From NCBI GenBank assembly GCA_030390025.1, contig JASTWF010000036.1:2482001-2546000 (forward strand): a stretch of 64,000 nt of DNA. The letters are read 5' to 3'. The notes below the pieces were generated by a model. That model saw nothing but the letters and a program-made list of their open reading frames with translations. It ran no database searches and had not been told where the DNA came from. The DNA comes from Squalus acanthias. Taxonomy: Eukaryota. A program made the translations under genes and the position numbers. Within the stretch, counting starts at the first letter, position 1. Each line of letters opens with the position of its first letter. This document shows, piece after piece, positions 38,985 to 53,192 of this stretch.

Positions 38985-40079
38985 TTGACATAAAATGAAC
39001 CCAACTGTCATAGCTCAAGATTTGTTTAGAATATATAAAAGTATACAAGTTGCATTGTTCGGTGTGTTTGCATGGTCTATTTTTACTGCCCATGTTTAAG
39101 GAAAGTGACCTCTGCACATCACTCTCCTTTTATTGTTCAGTCCAGTGCCAGTTGTGCTGGGCTCCACTGTGTAATGCGTAGAGCTACTTGCTGTACAGAG
39201 TACAAACTGAAACCAGTGCCCTTAGCCTGGCAGCATATTCATAAACCTGACACTGCTATTTTGATGCTTACATTCTCTGCAGCATGACAAAGTCAAATTG
39301 TGCCAAAGACTGAGAAAATTTTTAAACTGCAGTAGTTTCAAAATATCAACTTCCCCAGAATAAGAATCTTAAGTCAAGTCTGTGTTTATACAACATCAAA
39401 TTGCATGGTCACACAGCTTTACTGGACACAAGCATAACGAGGTTGACGATCCCCTTTTCACCCTATTTTTCTCTCTCCCAGGTATTACCTTCTTCTACCC
39501 AGCACGCATAGCCATGTATGGTCCACACCATCCAACGCCAACCAGGAGGGCAACAAGTGACCTGTTATGAGGTCCTAATGCCACTCTATAACCAGTCAGT
39601 GGGTCATATGAGAGGCAGGAGTTAGCACTCCCAATTTTCAAACTTTCTCTTGGGGTAAATGTCTTGACTCCCCAGATGCCAGACTTCAAGTTGACCAAAC
39701 TTAAGTTTTCCAGATTGTATAGGTCTTGAAATTACGCTGTGCAAATATTGACATTTGTATGAAATTCCTTTGTTCATTATTTTAAGGGAAGTGGTAAGCC
39801 ACTTACAATGAATAGTCTTGTCCTTATAAACTATTACTTGTCGGCAGAAAACATCCTTAGTTGTTACAAAGTGATACAATCACCACATCCTCCCTGTTCC
39901 AACATCATGTTCCTAGTTTCTCCTCGAGTATCTGGATGAATACATTACATAGAATTGCAGAGCAATTCCAAACAAATCCGGGTTGTTTATCCTCTACACG
40001 AGCATTAGTCCTAATCACCTGTGCCTACCTGTTCCCATATCCTTTTATTCCATTTGCTTCTTTTATGACCTTATCCACT

Positions 40080-40700
40080 TGAGGTGCTGCTTTTAATGTC
40101 TTGTGTACCTGAACTCCCAAATCCCTCCGCTCTTCCACATCACCCAGCTTTCTCCAAAGTATAAATTACTGCTTTTTTTTTTAAACCAAAATGTACCACC
40201 TCACATTTGCTGACACTGAATTCCATCGACCACTTTTGTGCCCATTCCACCATCTTATCAATATCTCCGCAGCTTCCTTTGGTCCTCAGAATTATTTACT
40301 GTGCCTCTTATTTTACTATTGCCTTAAAATGTGGACATCACACCCTCTAGCCCCATTTCCAAATCATTGATGTACACAGTGAACAGAAGCGGTCCGAGAA
40401 CAGAACCCTGTAGGACACCGCTCTCCACTTCCAACCATGCTGAGAAACTGCCCTTAACTCCTATTCTATTTCCTCCCTTCTAACCAGTTTTTAATCCTAT
40501 TTGCTACCTGTTCCCTAATTCCATACCCCTTAACCTTTTCCAATAGTCTCCTTGTCCAAGGCTTTCTGAAAGTCCATGTACATCATATCTACTACATTTC
40601 CCGCATCCAGCATATCCATCACCTTCTCAAAGAACTCTCATCAGGTTTGTCAAACACTATCTTCTTTTCTGGCATCTGTGTTAGCTGCTTCTGAATATTA
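40080..40700 (-). mobile_element. Old degenerate CR1 fragment
   Basis: Reverse-complement remnants of SGVLQGSVLGPLLF (ggtccgagaacagaaccctgtaggacaccgct) and YMDFQKALDK. Confidence 0.7.
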
Positions 40701-40769
40701 CATCCTTCACTTTAAGATAAGCTGACAGCACCTTGTTTTTTTAAAAATGAGCCTTTCTGAAACATAAAC

Positions 40770-43700
40770 ATGTAAACTTTAAAAAAAAACATAGTCCTTC
40801 AGGTATGACAGGAGTCTCAGTTTCCTGCAAGTGGGAATGCGAGGAAGCAGTACTTGCTCTTTCGGTGTAGCTTGCTTGATATCAGCTGGCATGGTTACCT
40901 TGGCTGTAGAATTTTGAGCTATAAAATTTATGAATTTCTCAGCTCTGAGTAATGACTTGGGTTGTTGTAACATATAGTCAGCAGGATTATCAGATCTAGG
41001 GCGATAATTAATGATCATGTCATAAGACCAGACTTGTAGTACCCAGCACTGGATACTATGGCTTGGAGAACATAGGGATTAAAGGCTTGTGATATGTAAC
41101 ACCAGAAATTGTTTACCATAAATGAATGGGTGAAATCAATGTAAAGTCCACATAATTGGCAACATTTCCCGCTTAATTTGGCTGTACTCTGTAGAATTAA
41201 GTGAATGATTGGATCAATGTTGGATCTAGCTGCACCATGATTTTTTTTACATAACATAGCTGCTGAACCTACCAAACTGGCATCAACATAGATCTCCACT
41301 GGCATCATTGTATGACTAGATCATAATTGACTAATCTGAAGTAGGTTGCAATCATGCTTTTCTTCCCACTTGAAGATGCTACCTTTAGTTGTTAGTTCCC
41401 ACAATGGTGTCGTAATTGTCGTCAAATTGGGAGTAAAATAAGCAACCATGTCTAAAAGAACGTAGACGTCTGATACATTGCTTGGGGCTGCGGCATTGTG
41501 GATTGCATTGTCCTTCTTGGGGTTTGGTGATGTTTCCTAGTCATCAAAGATTAGACCAAAATATTCTGGATGCTCATTATCAAATTCACACTTTTCGCGT
41601 GTGCATCAGCTCATTTTCTTGTAGCCTGTGAAGATTGCTGTGAAAGCATGCATCATGTTCCGCTTGGTTCAACGCACATATCAGACCATCATCGCCTACA
41701 TTCAAGGTGCCCAGAATTTCTTCAATACTTTGTTGGATGGTACATTGAAATAGCTTTGCTGCTAAAGTTAGCTTTTCGTATTGCTTCAGACCAAAGTGTG
41801 TTGCAAATATTCTAAGATAGTGACTCTCTTCTTCCAGTTTTACCTAGTGATGCTCAGATTACAAGTCTAGCTTTGAGAAAACACATGATCCATGCTCGCC
41901 TATCAACACAAAGTATACATTATTAGGATTCTTGGGCTTTCAGAAAATTACTAGAGGTGAGACCTAAGACCATCTGCATCTTCAGTTATTCCACTCCACT
42001 AGCCTCCAACTCTAAGCTTTTCTTACCTTTCTTCTGTACAGCAAATGGTATCTTGCGATGACACTGAGCAATGGATAACAGAGTTGTCAATATGCAGTTT
42101 GACCTGCATGCCCTTTAGCTTGCCTATATTGTGGAACACTTGAGGGAATTCACTGGAAATAGCACCCTCCGATGTTGGTATATTGATGATGCATAGTGTT
42201 GATGGTAGACTAAGGAGTTGTAGGGCCCGAGCATGTATGTAGGCCAAGCTGATAACCGGGCTTTCCCTTCACGATAAACACATCCACTGTAACTGCTTAC
42301 TTGCCAGAACTGACTGGATCTACATGTGGTGAAGTTTCATTCGAGATTCAGAACCAGCCACAATAGATTAGGGCCTGTATACATCACTAATATTCTGTGG
42401 ACACTAGGATCAAAAATGACTTTCAATACCTTTTACAACTTGAAAATATACTATTGCTGATCACCAAATTAATGGCGTGTTGTTCTGACATGGCAAATAA
42501 GTATGCATCATTATTTTCAGAGCTTCATATAGTAGGTTCCGTTTCAGTAACTTGCTGCACATTGTGCTGGTTTGGCTGACTATATTTTTGTGAATAGGCA
42601 CCTGGGCCACCATGTATCATCAGCTATTTCTGTAAAGGTCTATGATTGCATGACTGGCAGAATCAGAAGTGATTTTGTTTCCTCATGCACAACATTTGGC
42701 TTGATCAAATGCTTTGTCCAGTTCAAAAAGCTCATTGAAAGTGGGTTCTTTCTCCAGGGCTCAACAATGAGATTTTAGATGAACATCCTTTATATTCTGG
42801 GTGTTGATTTCAGGGCCTACATCAGCGAAATTATGTTTTGCTATGTAAATGTGTGCAAAGGGCTCCTTCAGATTCATTGTTGTGCAGTTTGCCAACATAT
42901 GATTGATTAAAGGACTATAGGAACAGTAGACCATTCAGCCCCTTAAGCCTGTTCCGCCATTCATATAGATCATGGCTGATCTGTATCTTAACTCCATCTA
43001 CTCGCCTTGGTTCCATAACCCCCAATACCCTTCCCTAAAAAAAAATCAATCTCAGTTTTGACATTTTCCAATTGACCCCCAGCATCAACAGCTTTTTGGG
43101 GAAGGGAGTTCCAGATTTCCACTACCCTTTGTGTGAAGAAGTGCTTTTATACATCACCCCTGAACAGCCTGGCTCTAATTTTAAGGTTATGCCCCCTTGT
43201 TCTGGACTCCCCCACCAGAGGAAATAGTTTCTCTCTATCTACCATATCAAATCCTTTAATCATCTTAAACACTTCAATTAGATCACCTCTTAATCTTCTA
43301 TACTCAAGGGAATGCAAGCCTAATCTATGCAATCTGTCCTCATAAGTTAACCCTTTTAGCCCCGGTATCATTCTGGTGAATCCGCACTGCACCCCCTCCA
43401 AGATCAATATATCCTTTCTGAACTGAACACAACACTCCAGATGGAGTCTGACCAAGACTCTATACAACTGTTGCATATCTTCTACCCCTTTGTATTCCAG
43501 CCCCCTTGAGATAAAGGCTAACATTCCATTAACCATTTAAATTATTTTTTGTAACTGTCCACTAGTTTAGTGATTTCTGTACTTGGACCCCTAAATCTCT
43601 TGCTCATCCACAGTTTCTAGATTCTCCCCATTTAGAAAATACTCTGATCTATCTTTCTTAGGTCCAAAGTGGTAATGGAGAAAATAATGAGACTTCAAAA

Positions 43701-44900
43701 TATGATTGAATAGACCTCACACTTCCCCACATTGAACTCCATCGGCCACAGTTTTTCCTACTCACTTAATCTATCAATGTCCCTTTACAACTTTTTGCGC
43801 CAATCTACACTATTTACTGTACCACCTAACTTGGTTTCATCAGCAAACTTGGATATACGGCTCTCTATTCCTTCATCCAAGTCATTAATAAATATAGTGG
43901 AAAGCTGAGGCCCCAGTACAGATCTCTGGGGGACACCACTAGTCACATCCTGCCAATTGGAGTACGTACCCATTATCCCTACTCTGCCTCCTACCTCCTA
44001 CCTAATTCCGTATCCATGTCAATAGGTTGCCCCCAATTTCATGCACGTTCATCTTTGCTAACAGTCTCTTGTGTGGAAACTTATTGAATGTCTTCTGTAA
44101 GTTCATGAATAGATACTCCCTTATCTACCACATTAGTGACCTCCTCAAAAAAATCAACTAGGCAAGTTAGACATGACTTACCCTTTACAAATGCATGCTG
44201 GCTCTCTCTGATCAGTTCATATTTGGCCAAGTGTTCAGTCACTCTGTGCCTAATGTCAGATTCTAGTAACTTCCCCATGTCAGACATTAGACTAATAGGT
44301 CTATAATTTCCTGGTTTCTCGCTCCCACCCTTCTTAAATAATGGAGTGACAATGGCAATTTTCCAATCTAAGGGGCCAATTCCTGAATCAAGGGTATTTT
44401 GGAAGATCATGACTAAGGCATCTGCAATTTCCTCACCTACTTCTTTTAATAACCTGGGGTTGAAACCATCAGGGCCTGAAGATTTGTTATCTTCAGTGTC
44501 ATTATTTTCTCTATTACCACTTCTTTTTCTGAAATCTAGTAAGTTCCTCCCCTTGATTTATTTTTACTTTTCCTCATATCTCTGGTACTTTATCCTCTTC
44601 CTCTACTGTGAAGCCCGATAAAAAGTAATTATTTAGCAAGTTTGCCATTTCCTTATTTTCAATTACAATATCACGTGTGCGTGTCATTGATATGTTGTAT
44701 CTTGCTGGAGAGTGTAGTGATCAGTTAGTTTTTTCATCATAGTCTGCCCCATTCCCAGCATCAGACAGCATGTAAAATACACCTTGCAATTGTTCTCCTC
44801 CCAATAATGCAAAAGCAAAGCTATCTTTCATGTAGTATCGGCGATATTAAAACGAATCATGGCACACTCAAACGGTTTCACCCATCATGAAGAGACAGAA
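40770..44900 (-). mobile_element. Decayed Ty3/Gypsy LTR-retrotransposon gag-pol remnant, interrupted by a CR1
   Basis: Minus-strand fragments INYRPRSDNPADY (RNase H end), EIYVDASLVG (RNase H start), FPQVFHNIGKLKGMQVKLHIDNSV (pre-RT), and a gag-like NFADVGPEINTQ..ALEKEPTFNELFEL. No LTRs seen; ends approximate. Confidence 0.65.
42915..44670 (-). mobile_element. 5'-truncated CR1 LINE
   Basis: ORFs 43147..43536, 43785..43973 and 44081..44410 with RT motifs. Confidence 0.9.
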
Positions 44901-45369
44901 GTCCGGTCATTGGGGCATATGAGGCATACATGTTCCTATCCATGTTCCTAGCAGAACTATATTGTTACTTGGATGGATACAGATACCCAGGATACACTGA
45001 ACCTATGGTTAGTGACTCATTTCAGAGATAAACGGCTCTGCAACTAAGCAAAGCCTGCGCACAAGGAGTTAATCATATTCATACAGTCTGAACTCATCAT
45101 TAATTCCTCCTAAATTATCCACAAATCACTCATTAACATTCTTAAACCACCTTAAATCGGCAAAATTACATGTTTGCCTTTTATAAACAAGGATTATTTA
45201 CTTTCAGGAAAAGTCCTTTGGACGTTAAAAGTGTCTTGCCTGCTCCCTAATCCAATGGATTAGTCCTAGTTCCCTATCTAGTGCCTGGATGAATACAACA
45301 GGCTAATATCTCTTCGTGGACTAAGGAATTTCACACAAACACTTGAATGTATTAATATAGACACAGAAT

Positions 45370-45700
45370 AATTTGAAATATTGACAAAAATCAATCCAGC
45401 CAAATTGTTTACTGTTGTGTCGGATTCAAATACCTGGTGACACAAGTTAAAAACTTTTGAAGTTAGGAGTAAGAAGGGAATTTGGGCAAAGACATTTCAA
45501 CCAAAGGACAATAGAGTGGTGGAATACATTACCAGGAAAGGCCATTGAAGCAGAGAGTAAAAATGGGCTCAAGAGACAATCTGGAAAGAGAAGGGGGTTG
45601 AAGAATCTGGTGAAAAGATGGGTAAGTTGGGCTTATTTAAAAGGGCAGGCTTGTTGAGCCTGATGGCCTTTTCCTGCTTCTAAAAATTTGTATGATCTTA
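45370..45700 (+). mobile_element. Old CR1 3' remnant
   Basis: ORF 45457..45657 HFNQRTIEWWNTLPGKAIEAES resembles the CR1 C-terminus. Similar remnants at about 1-215, 8840-9170 and 12560-12780. Confidence 0.6.
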
Positions 45701-45934
45701 TGGAACCACCTGAAATCAAGCACTCACAATGTGAGGAATCTCAGGCACAAAATTCAGTCCAACCATTCTGTGGTACTGTACATTGGTATACCAACCGACT
45801 GTGCACTGCACTGTTAATAATTCCCTTCGAACAGAGTAAACAATAATTTGTGGCATAAAACCAACTCAGAATATGAAAACATTGCTATCTTTCACATAAA
45901 TCAGAATTATGTATCAAGAACATAAAATGCTTAC

Positions 45935-46162
45935 TGTCATTCATAATGTACTCATGAAAGTCAAAAGGCTTTGTTCCATTTTCATCTGTGACATTAAAAT
46001 ATGATGGATTGGGTGGCCAAATGACACATTTTTGCCTTAAGTTGCCCATAAACAACTGGAGTCCAATAAGGGCAAAGACACTCAGACAAAATACAGTCAA
46101 AATCATTACATCGGAAAGTTTCTTTACAGACTGGATTAGAGCACCCACAATGGTCTTCAGAC
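45935..46162 (-). CDS. SCN8A: SCN8A exon 6 (DI S4-S5 linker, S5, extracellular loop), 228 bp
   Basis: cttctttctacag|GTCTGAAGACC...ATGAATGACA|gtaagc. Encodes [75 protein letters not shown]. The short S5-P loop resembles SCN8A. Confidence 0.93.
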
Positions 46163-47659
46163 CTGTAGAAAGAAGTATACCGTTATAGTTGTACTCTAAA
46201 TGAATGTTAATCACACTCGCTCATAACAAAAACCAAACAGAAGTAGCATTCCACAAATAATTCATGCAAAAAGCAAGCAGTGTTAAGTGCAAATCATGTC
46301 AAAGGATTTAATAACAATGCTTGAGCGATAAAACTAAAAGGGTTGTTGAAAAAGCTTGTGGCGGAGACAATTTTCAATGGTCACCAACAACTGGTTATTT
46401 TTAGTTTATACTAACTGGCACAGCTTGCAATAACATTAATAGCTCACAGCAAGGCAAACGTGACTTGTTATTTAAGCAAGCGCAGGATTGGCTGTCCTAT
46501 GTGGAATGGGTTTAGGCACTCTCTATCCAATTCTTAAGGTGTGTGACCCACAGTACAATTTTGCCCTTAATTTGGCAATGATTGGCAAAGAAACCAAAGA
46601 ATGGCTGGTATAGGAAATGGGGAAAACAGCACACTGGTGGAGTATGGGGTGCTGTTCTGAGATTGGGGCTGAAATACAGTGTTGAATCAGAGTAGAAACA
46701 GTTTTACCTTGTATTTAATTGTGGTACACTGAGCCTGGGATTGCTTGATACTAACATAGGGGAACTGAAATCAAAAGTGTTCCATTCCCCTGCACTAACA
46801 TTCCTCACCCTGAGGAGCAAAGAATTAAGCTAGAAAATGTAAAATTACATCTCTTATTAGGTGGAGGTCATCCATTGTTGGATATAGACCAAACTCCACT
46901 GACACCACTCCTTTTCTCGATTATACAGCCACAATATCCTTCCTATACTACAGCCTAATTATCCCAAAGAACCGGTTTGCCACATCAAATAATGATTCAA
47001 AACTCAAATGAATAATTAAAATCTATAAATTATAATGTACTGTATCAAGTTAATATACTTTCAAATTGGTTGATATAATAAATGATTGACATTCTGTTAA
47101 AAATATGGAAGCTGAACTGAAATAATTTGTCATGTGATCTCATGCTCATTTTAATTAACCCATGTTGTTCCATGTTCAACTCGAGTGATCTTCATGTTTC
47201 ACACTGAATGAACAATGGTGAGCAGAGTTTAGAATTTCAACCGTTTACTGACCTTTCAGAATCTACAATTAGATAGGATTATTCCAGAGTAATACGGACA
47301 AGATATTTGGAGGAATGATCTGATCTTTTGCCATTATTAGATTGACGACTAGAGTGTCACGATATGCTAGTACCTAGTCGCTAACAGCTTGATAGGTGCT
47401 CACTCTCTCATCTCAAACCTCTCTCTATCCATCACAACTTTTTTTAGTCTTTATTTTAGCAATGCTGTTACAATCATTGTTCCTCTAAGCTTTCCTCTAG
47501 TTACTCCCAAGTCCAAATTCTGCATGCTCTCCCTCTTCCCTGTTAAATGCGTGTGTGCGGACATCAGACAAGTGCAGGATCAGGCTCAACTTTGATGTCA
47601 CTGACAGGAAAAACATAAAAATTGGACTTTTTCCCCCCAATTTAAAAAAATAAATCCCT

Positions 47660-47950
47660 CTACTCTCATGAAGGCAGTTCTCCAGTACCTCACCGAAGTG
47701 TTCATTCTTCATATGTAAGCCTGGACAGTGTGTGGCAGCAGGCTCTTGGACCATAGAGACATCACCGCAAAGCCCAATTCTACCCTCGCCTGATGGCCAC
47801 ACACAGGTAATTTTCCATTAGGAGTCACTGGGCAAAGAGAACCCTGGCTGATTTATTTTCCCATCCCTAGTCCAGGGGCGCTGAAGCCAATTGAAATCAG
47901 CTGACTCTGCAAAAATTGGCAATTGTGCTAGGACCTTCAGGTCTGCATAT
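47660..47950 (-). mobile_element. tRNA-derived SINE-like repeat, family unassigned (copy 3)
   Basis: ccagtacctcaccgaagtgttcattcttcatatgtaagcctggacagtg ... gaaccctggctgattt ... gaagccaattg. Confidence 0.55.
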
Positions 47951-49835
47951 TTATTTACTGGGCTACTGGGGTGCTAAAGACATTTTTTTTAATGGATTGC
48001 AATTAATTCTTTTAGCAGATAGTTGTTTAGGACTCAGAGCTCTGAATCTGGTACATAGTTCTACCCGTTTGTGAAGCGAATTTGGAATTGCTGATAATTT
48101 TGCTAAAATTTGTTTTCAGTTGCATGTATTAAATCCAGAGAACGTCAAGCGTGACTGTGTTAAATCAACCCTCAACAGCCGGGGCCTGCCTTGCACATTA
48201 GAACCCCTTCCATGTTTAATATGTTCTTCAGTGGCAAAGATCTACAATACAACTAGCTCAATCTTTACATTCAGGGCTTAAAAAAAGCAGCCTTAAAGAC
48301 AGTAGTACACATTAAAAGCTCAGTTAATGCCATCTATGGCATCATTTATTCAAAGCAAAATATAAACCTCATGCTGGTGAATGAGTTAAATTTTATAAGA
48401 GATCCCTGAAAAATAAATAAGAAAAGCATAACAGCAAATAGGAATGAACATTTTGCAGCACATGTTTAGGCTGTTTTTATTGGCACTGAACTAATTTTCA
48501 GTATTTAGGAGGGAAAGGATTTGAGGATCAAAATTACACTTGGTGATGTTATTGTAGGAACGCTTAATGCGCTCAGGCCAAATAAACAGACTGAACACCT
48601 CTATTAGAATAGTAGAGAGGATAATCTGGTACAAGCACATGTAGCTTTTGTACAATAACATCAACTGTAACTTCTATCCTGTGGAGTATTTCCTGTGAAT
48701 GGAAATGAAGAGCTCACTTTGAACTCAGCAACAGCATAAATGAAGATTCTTGGCAGCACATTGAGGAAACTAAATCACTGAGTCCCTCCAGCACTCATAC
48801 TGACGGAGTGAGTCACTTTACTCAAGTGGACTACAGTGGCGAGGACTTGCGGCATGTACCTAACTGAAGGCGTGCCTTCAAAGAACTTGATATGTGCAAC
48901 AAAATTTCACCAAAATACTTAATTTCTTCTTTATATCAATCAACTAAATCACAATTTAAGTAAAGGGACATAACTGGAAGCAGAAGCAACAGCAAAACAT
49001 TAATAGACCCATAGGAACTCTGTTCTGTGTTGCAACATAATGATATCTATCTTCCTCTGCCACATACGACTCCTGTATATTTAAAACTTGGATATGTTAA
49101 ATGAAACAACACTGGTGTTGCTATTAGAGATGCAGACACCATAAAAGATTACAGAAAAGTAGAAGCTTTTGGCCCGTGGGCTTCTTCAAGAGAGAAGTTG
49201 AGAATTAAAACAATTGAAGCAGTTATGAATCAACCATTATTTTACAATCTGGTTTGGAGGAGTTGATTTGTCAATTTGGTCCAAGTACGAATGAAATATT
49301 CCAGCCTCATTTATTCACTTAACCTCAATTAACTATCTCATTGACATTCCAACATTATTGTGGAAACAATTGAACCAGCAACAGATGCTCAAGCCAATCT
49401 GTGCATATGACCCAGTGATGCAGGACATAGATTGGCACTGTATTTATACCACAGTTATGACTTTGATACCAGTAGTACAGCTTCCAGCAGGGCCTTCTTA
49501 ATACTGCTACCTGGCTGCCAGTTGAATTTTCATGTCCACATGTACTTTTATGTGAAGAGCTCTGCTCCCAGCCATTAGTTTATAAAATGCCCAAGGGGAC
49601 TGGGTCCCTATGAAAATTTTTAAAATCAGGTTTGACAAACCACTTAAGTTATGCTCCATGTCAAATCCAAGCAAGAGATTGCATCCTCCAGGGGGTTTCA
49701 CACCACCACCCATCACAGTCTGGTCAGGACCCAACTCTTGCATTGTCACTTTTGTATTGTTGTGAAGGAAATACTGCTTCACAACAACACAAAAGTGGCA
49801 GTATAACTTCACCCTTATAGGCCAGTTACATCTGA

Positions 49836-50465
49836 GGGGTATTTCCCTCCATGATCCCACCTGAAATCAAGCAGGATTGCGGTGGAGAATGTCGGAAAAT
49901 TTGGGTGGCTAGGCCTATGGGGAATTTCCCTCCCCCTGCTGGGACTGACACTGGCCACACCTCCCCTGCTTGCCAGAGGCAAAGGATAGCTGGGGGCGGG
50001 GGCAAGAACCCCAGTCCATGCCGATTTCCCTTACTTCCACTTCAGTTCCTGTTGCTTCCCAGTGGCGCCATGTGGAAAAAGTCCCAGAGTTTCCCCAATG
50101 GAGGGAGTGGGTCTTGTAGTGGCCTCCTGTCTCACCAGTTATCCCCAGGCACTTACCTGCTGAAAGCCTCAGTCTTCGTCAAGGCCTTCAATGGGAGCCT
50201 TCCTTCCGATCTGCAGGGTGCTTCTGCACCTTTAAGGTTCCTCACCGCCTCTTCGGATACTGCAGTGGTGTCCCCAGTGCAGCATCGCTGGAGTTTCCTT
50301 GCTCGCACTGGCAGGCTCCCTTATGATAGCGGAAATCCCACCAGGAGCCATGTGCAATGAGATCTGACTCAGGAAAATGGGTCAGGGCTGGGGTAGGGTG
50401 AATATGGAGGAGCGGGCATAAGTCCCACCCTGCCAACACTCGGCCCCAAACAGGAGAATTCTCTT
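49836..50465 (-). mobile_element. Decayed GC-rich MITE-like element
   Basis: GC-rich island in an AT-rich intron containing ggcacttacctg, like the 38 kb element. Termini not resolvable. Confidence 0.4.
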
Positions 50466-51189
50466 CCCTCCCCCCACCCCCGCGTCTCTTAGTGTTGATG
50501 TGAAGTGGTATCTGGTTTACACTGATGCAAAATAAATAGCATAACTCCCTGAACTTAGTGCTTTACATTTTAGCAAGAAATGCGAGGTTGCCTTAAGCAG
50601 GAGACCTCACAAAACTTTGATTCTACACTGGAAACAAACTTGTTAAACTGCCTTTTTAACCTTTTGTATTTTACCAGACAGCAGACCGTTTCATCAGTTT
50701 ATCTCGAACATCAAAATGTAACTAACATTTGGACACTGGTGAGCTGAGTTATGGCCATGCATGCGTGCACAGAACGCTTGCACAACCAGCAGTTTCAATC
50801 CAGTTTGCTGGCTTTGCATCAGTTTAGGCAAGTACCGGTTTAAAACTAATACCGGACGCTTAATCATGCCCTTTTAAAAAAAAATTGCATTAATTTTATA
50901 TACTGGTTGCAATTTGCAACCCTACTGCTTTAATGCAAACAAATGTACATTAGAGGTTAGATTAGGCAAAAGAACAACAAAGAATCCAATCAGAAGTGCA
51001 ATGTGGATTTGGTAATTTGTAAATTGTCATTGAGATACAAATCTATGAACAAAAAATAACTTTCTGGAAGGTGGAAAGGAAGTCAATTTAAAGACACCAA
51101 GAATGTTCAAAAATACAATCAAGGTGCTGCAGATAATTTGAGCAAACCTCTGCCCAGTATTTTAAAAAGCAACAACAGTGCAGTTATTG

Positions 51190-51575
51190 AAAGGCATTTA
51201 TACAAGGCCTTTTTATATCCCTCAGAAACATCTCAAAGGACCACATATATGATGAATGACTTACATGAGCAGCCATTTTGCACACAGCAAAATCCCACAA
51301 ATAGCAATGAGATGAACAATCAGCTAATCTGTTTTTGGTAGTGATGGTTGAGGGAGGAATCTTGGCCAAGACACCAAGGGAACGCCCTACTTTTTTTCAA
51401 ATTGTGCCATGGGATCTTTTTCTTGAATCAGCAGAACAAATGATTTAACATCTCAGCAAAGGATAGCATCTCCTACAATATCGCACTCCTTCAGTACTGC
51501 ACCAAAATGTCAGCCCAGAGGATGTGCTCAAATCCTGGAGTGAGTGATTCAAAGGCAAGAGTGCTACTAACTGAT
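51190..51575 (-). mobile_element. Deu-domain SINE, decayed
   Basis: gcacacagcaaaatcccacaaatagcaatgag ... gtgccatgggatcttt ... gcactccttcagtactgcac. Confidence 0.65.
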
Positions 51576-52744
51576 GCTTGATTCTTGACATTTGTGGTCA
51601 CGTTACCCCTTCTGACTTCAGATGGAACTCCCATATATTTCCAGTGCTAAAACTGCTTCCAACCTCTGTTTTCTTTTTCATACCAAACATTTCTTTTCTC
51701 AATAACTAAACTCTGTATAAAGTTCAAGTTCACCCAAGACTTGAACATTGCTCCAATATCTGAGGAGGCTCCTCTAACAACTCTCTTGCATTCCTCGACA
51801 AGGTACAAGAAAAGGCATGTCAACTGATCAGTGACCAACACCCCCTCATCTCGAGGCTCCAAACTCTCTGTCACAACCTTTTCTATCTTTCTCCATTTTA
51901 TCAGTGCTCCTCAAAACTTCTCTTGTTCCTTGTAAGCTGCAAATGCACCATCGGACAAGCTCTTGAAAAAGCTGACATTGTTTTTTTCATAGGTTTTCAT
52001 AGTACAAAGATAGAAATGATTGATTGTCTGTTTTGAAATCTAACACATTCTGTTGACTGTAGGCTTATGTTCTACTCTGCAGCACAATATTAAATACCTT
52101 TGTTGAGACTGATAGTAAAGTCACCCTACAGTTTGATAGGTCATTGATGCATTGTCTCTTGCCATTATAGTTCTACCATTCTTGATCATTTCTTATGCTA
52201 TATTGTCAGCTCCCAGTGGCTTTCCAGTCTTCAGCTTTTTGATAACTTCTTCTTTGTTTCAAGTTCAAATGGCTCCATTTTTACTTCACATTCTGTCATT
52301 GTTCTTTCAGAAATATTTAGATTTTGTGTGGTTCAGGTGTGTTCAGAATTTCTTGAAGGTTCCCAGTCCACCATTTGATCTTGTCTTCTTCTCCAAAGTC
52401 AATCCATCATCTCTTTTACGGCAAGTCTCCTTTGCCCGATAGAAGCTTCATCTTGGTGACCCCTACCTGTAGCTTGCTCCACCCTTTCAAGTTTACTATA
52501 TATCTCATTATCTCCTGCACTTTCTTTAACTTCCTTCTCCTTATTCCTACATGTTTACCACTGGTACCTTTTAAGACATGCTCAGCTAATCTTTATTGGA
52601 AAATAAAAGCAGACCACTATATAACTCTTGAAGAGTACGACATGGCGCAACCAGAACTCTCAAGCATCGCTGTAGTGGACGTAAAAATACTAATACAGTG
52701 AGAATAATTAAGTAATCTCCTTTAAACCTATAAGGGCCACATCA

Positions 52745-53160
52745 GTGTCTGTTTGGCTCAGTTGGGAGCATTCTCAGAGCCAGAAGATCATGGATTGAAG
52801 CCCTACCCTAGAGATTTCAGTGCAGTATTGAGGGAGCACTGCATTGTTGAAGGCGTCGTCTTTCAGATAAGACACTAACCCAAGGCTCCATCTGCCTGTT
52901 CAATTCATGCCTAAGATCTTTAACAACCTTCTGAAGAGTAAGGAGTTCTCCTGGACAACATTTCTTCCGCGACTAACACCACCAAAATAAACCCCAGATT
53001 AATTGGTCATTCATCTCATTTGCTGTTTGTGGGACATTTCATGTTTGCCCATATAATTACATTGACTGCACTTCAAAAGTGATTCATTGGTTGTGAAGAA
53101 CTTCAGGATGATCTGAGGGAGGTGATAAAGGTACTATATAAATGCAAGTTCTTTCTTTTC
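52745..53160 (+). mobile_element. Deu-domain SINE, decayed
   Basis: ttggctcagttgg ... gcagtattgagggagcactgcattg ... tgctgtttgtggga ... tatataaatgcaagttctttctt. Confidence 0.65.
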
Positions 53161-53192
53161 AGTTACCAAGTTATGCAGGCAAAGGAATACCT

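Noticed and set aside
49160..49192. Minus-strand ttgaagaagcccacgggccaaaagctt resembling a hammerhead core
   Set aside because: Both conserved boxes are mutated (TTGAAGA, AAAA); cannot be distinguished from chance.
51780..52560. Possible ancient LINE remnants (FLDKVQEKACQLI on plus, GKPLGADNI..EMIKNG on minus)
   Set aside because: Too short and degenerate to assign a family or boundaries.
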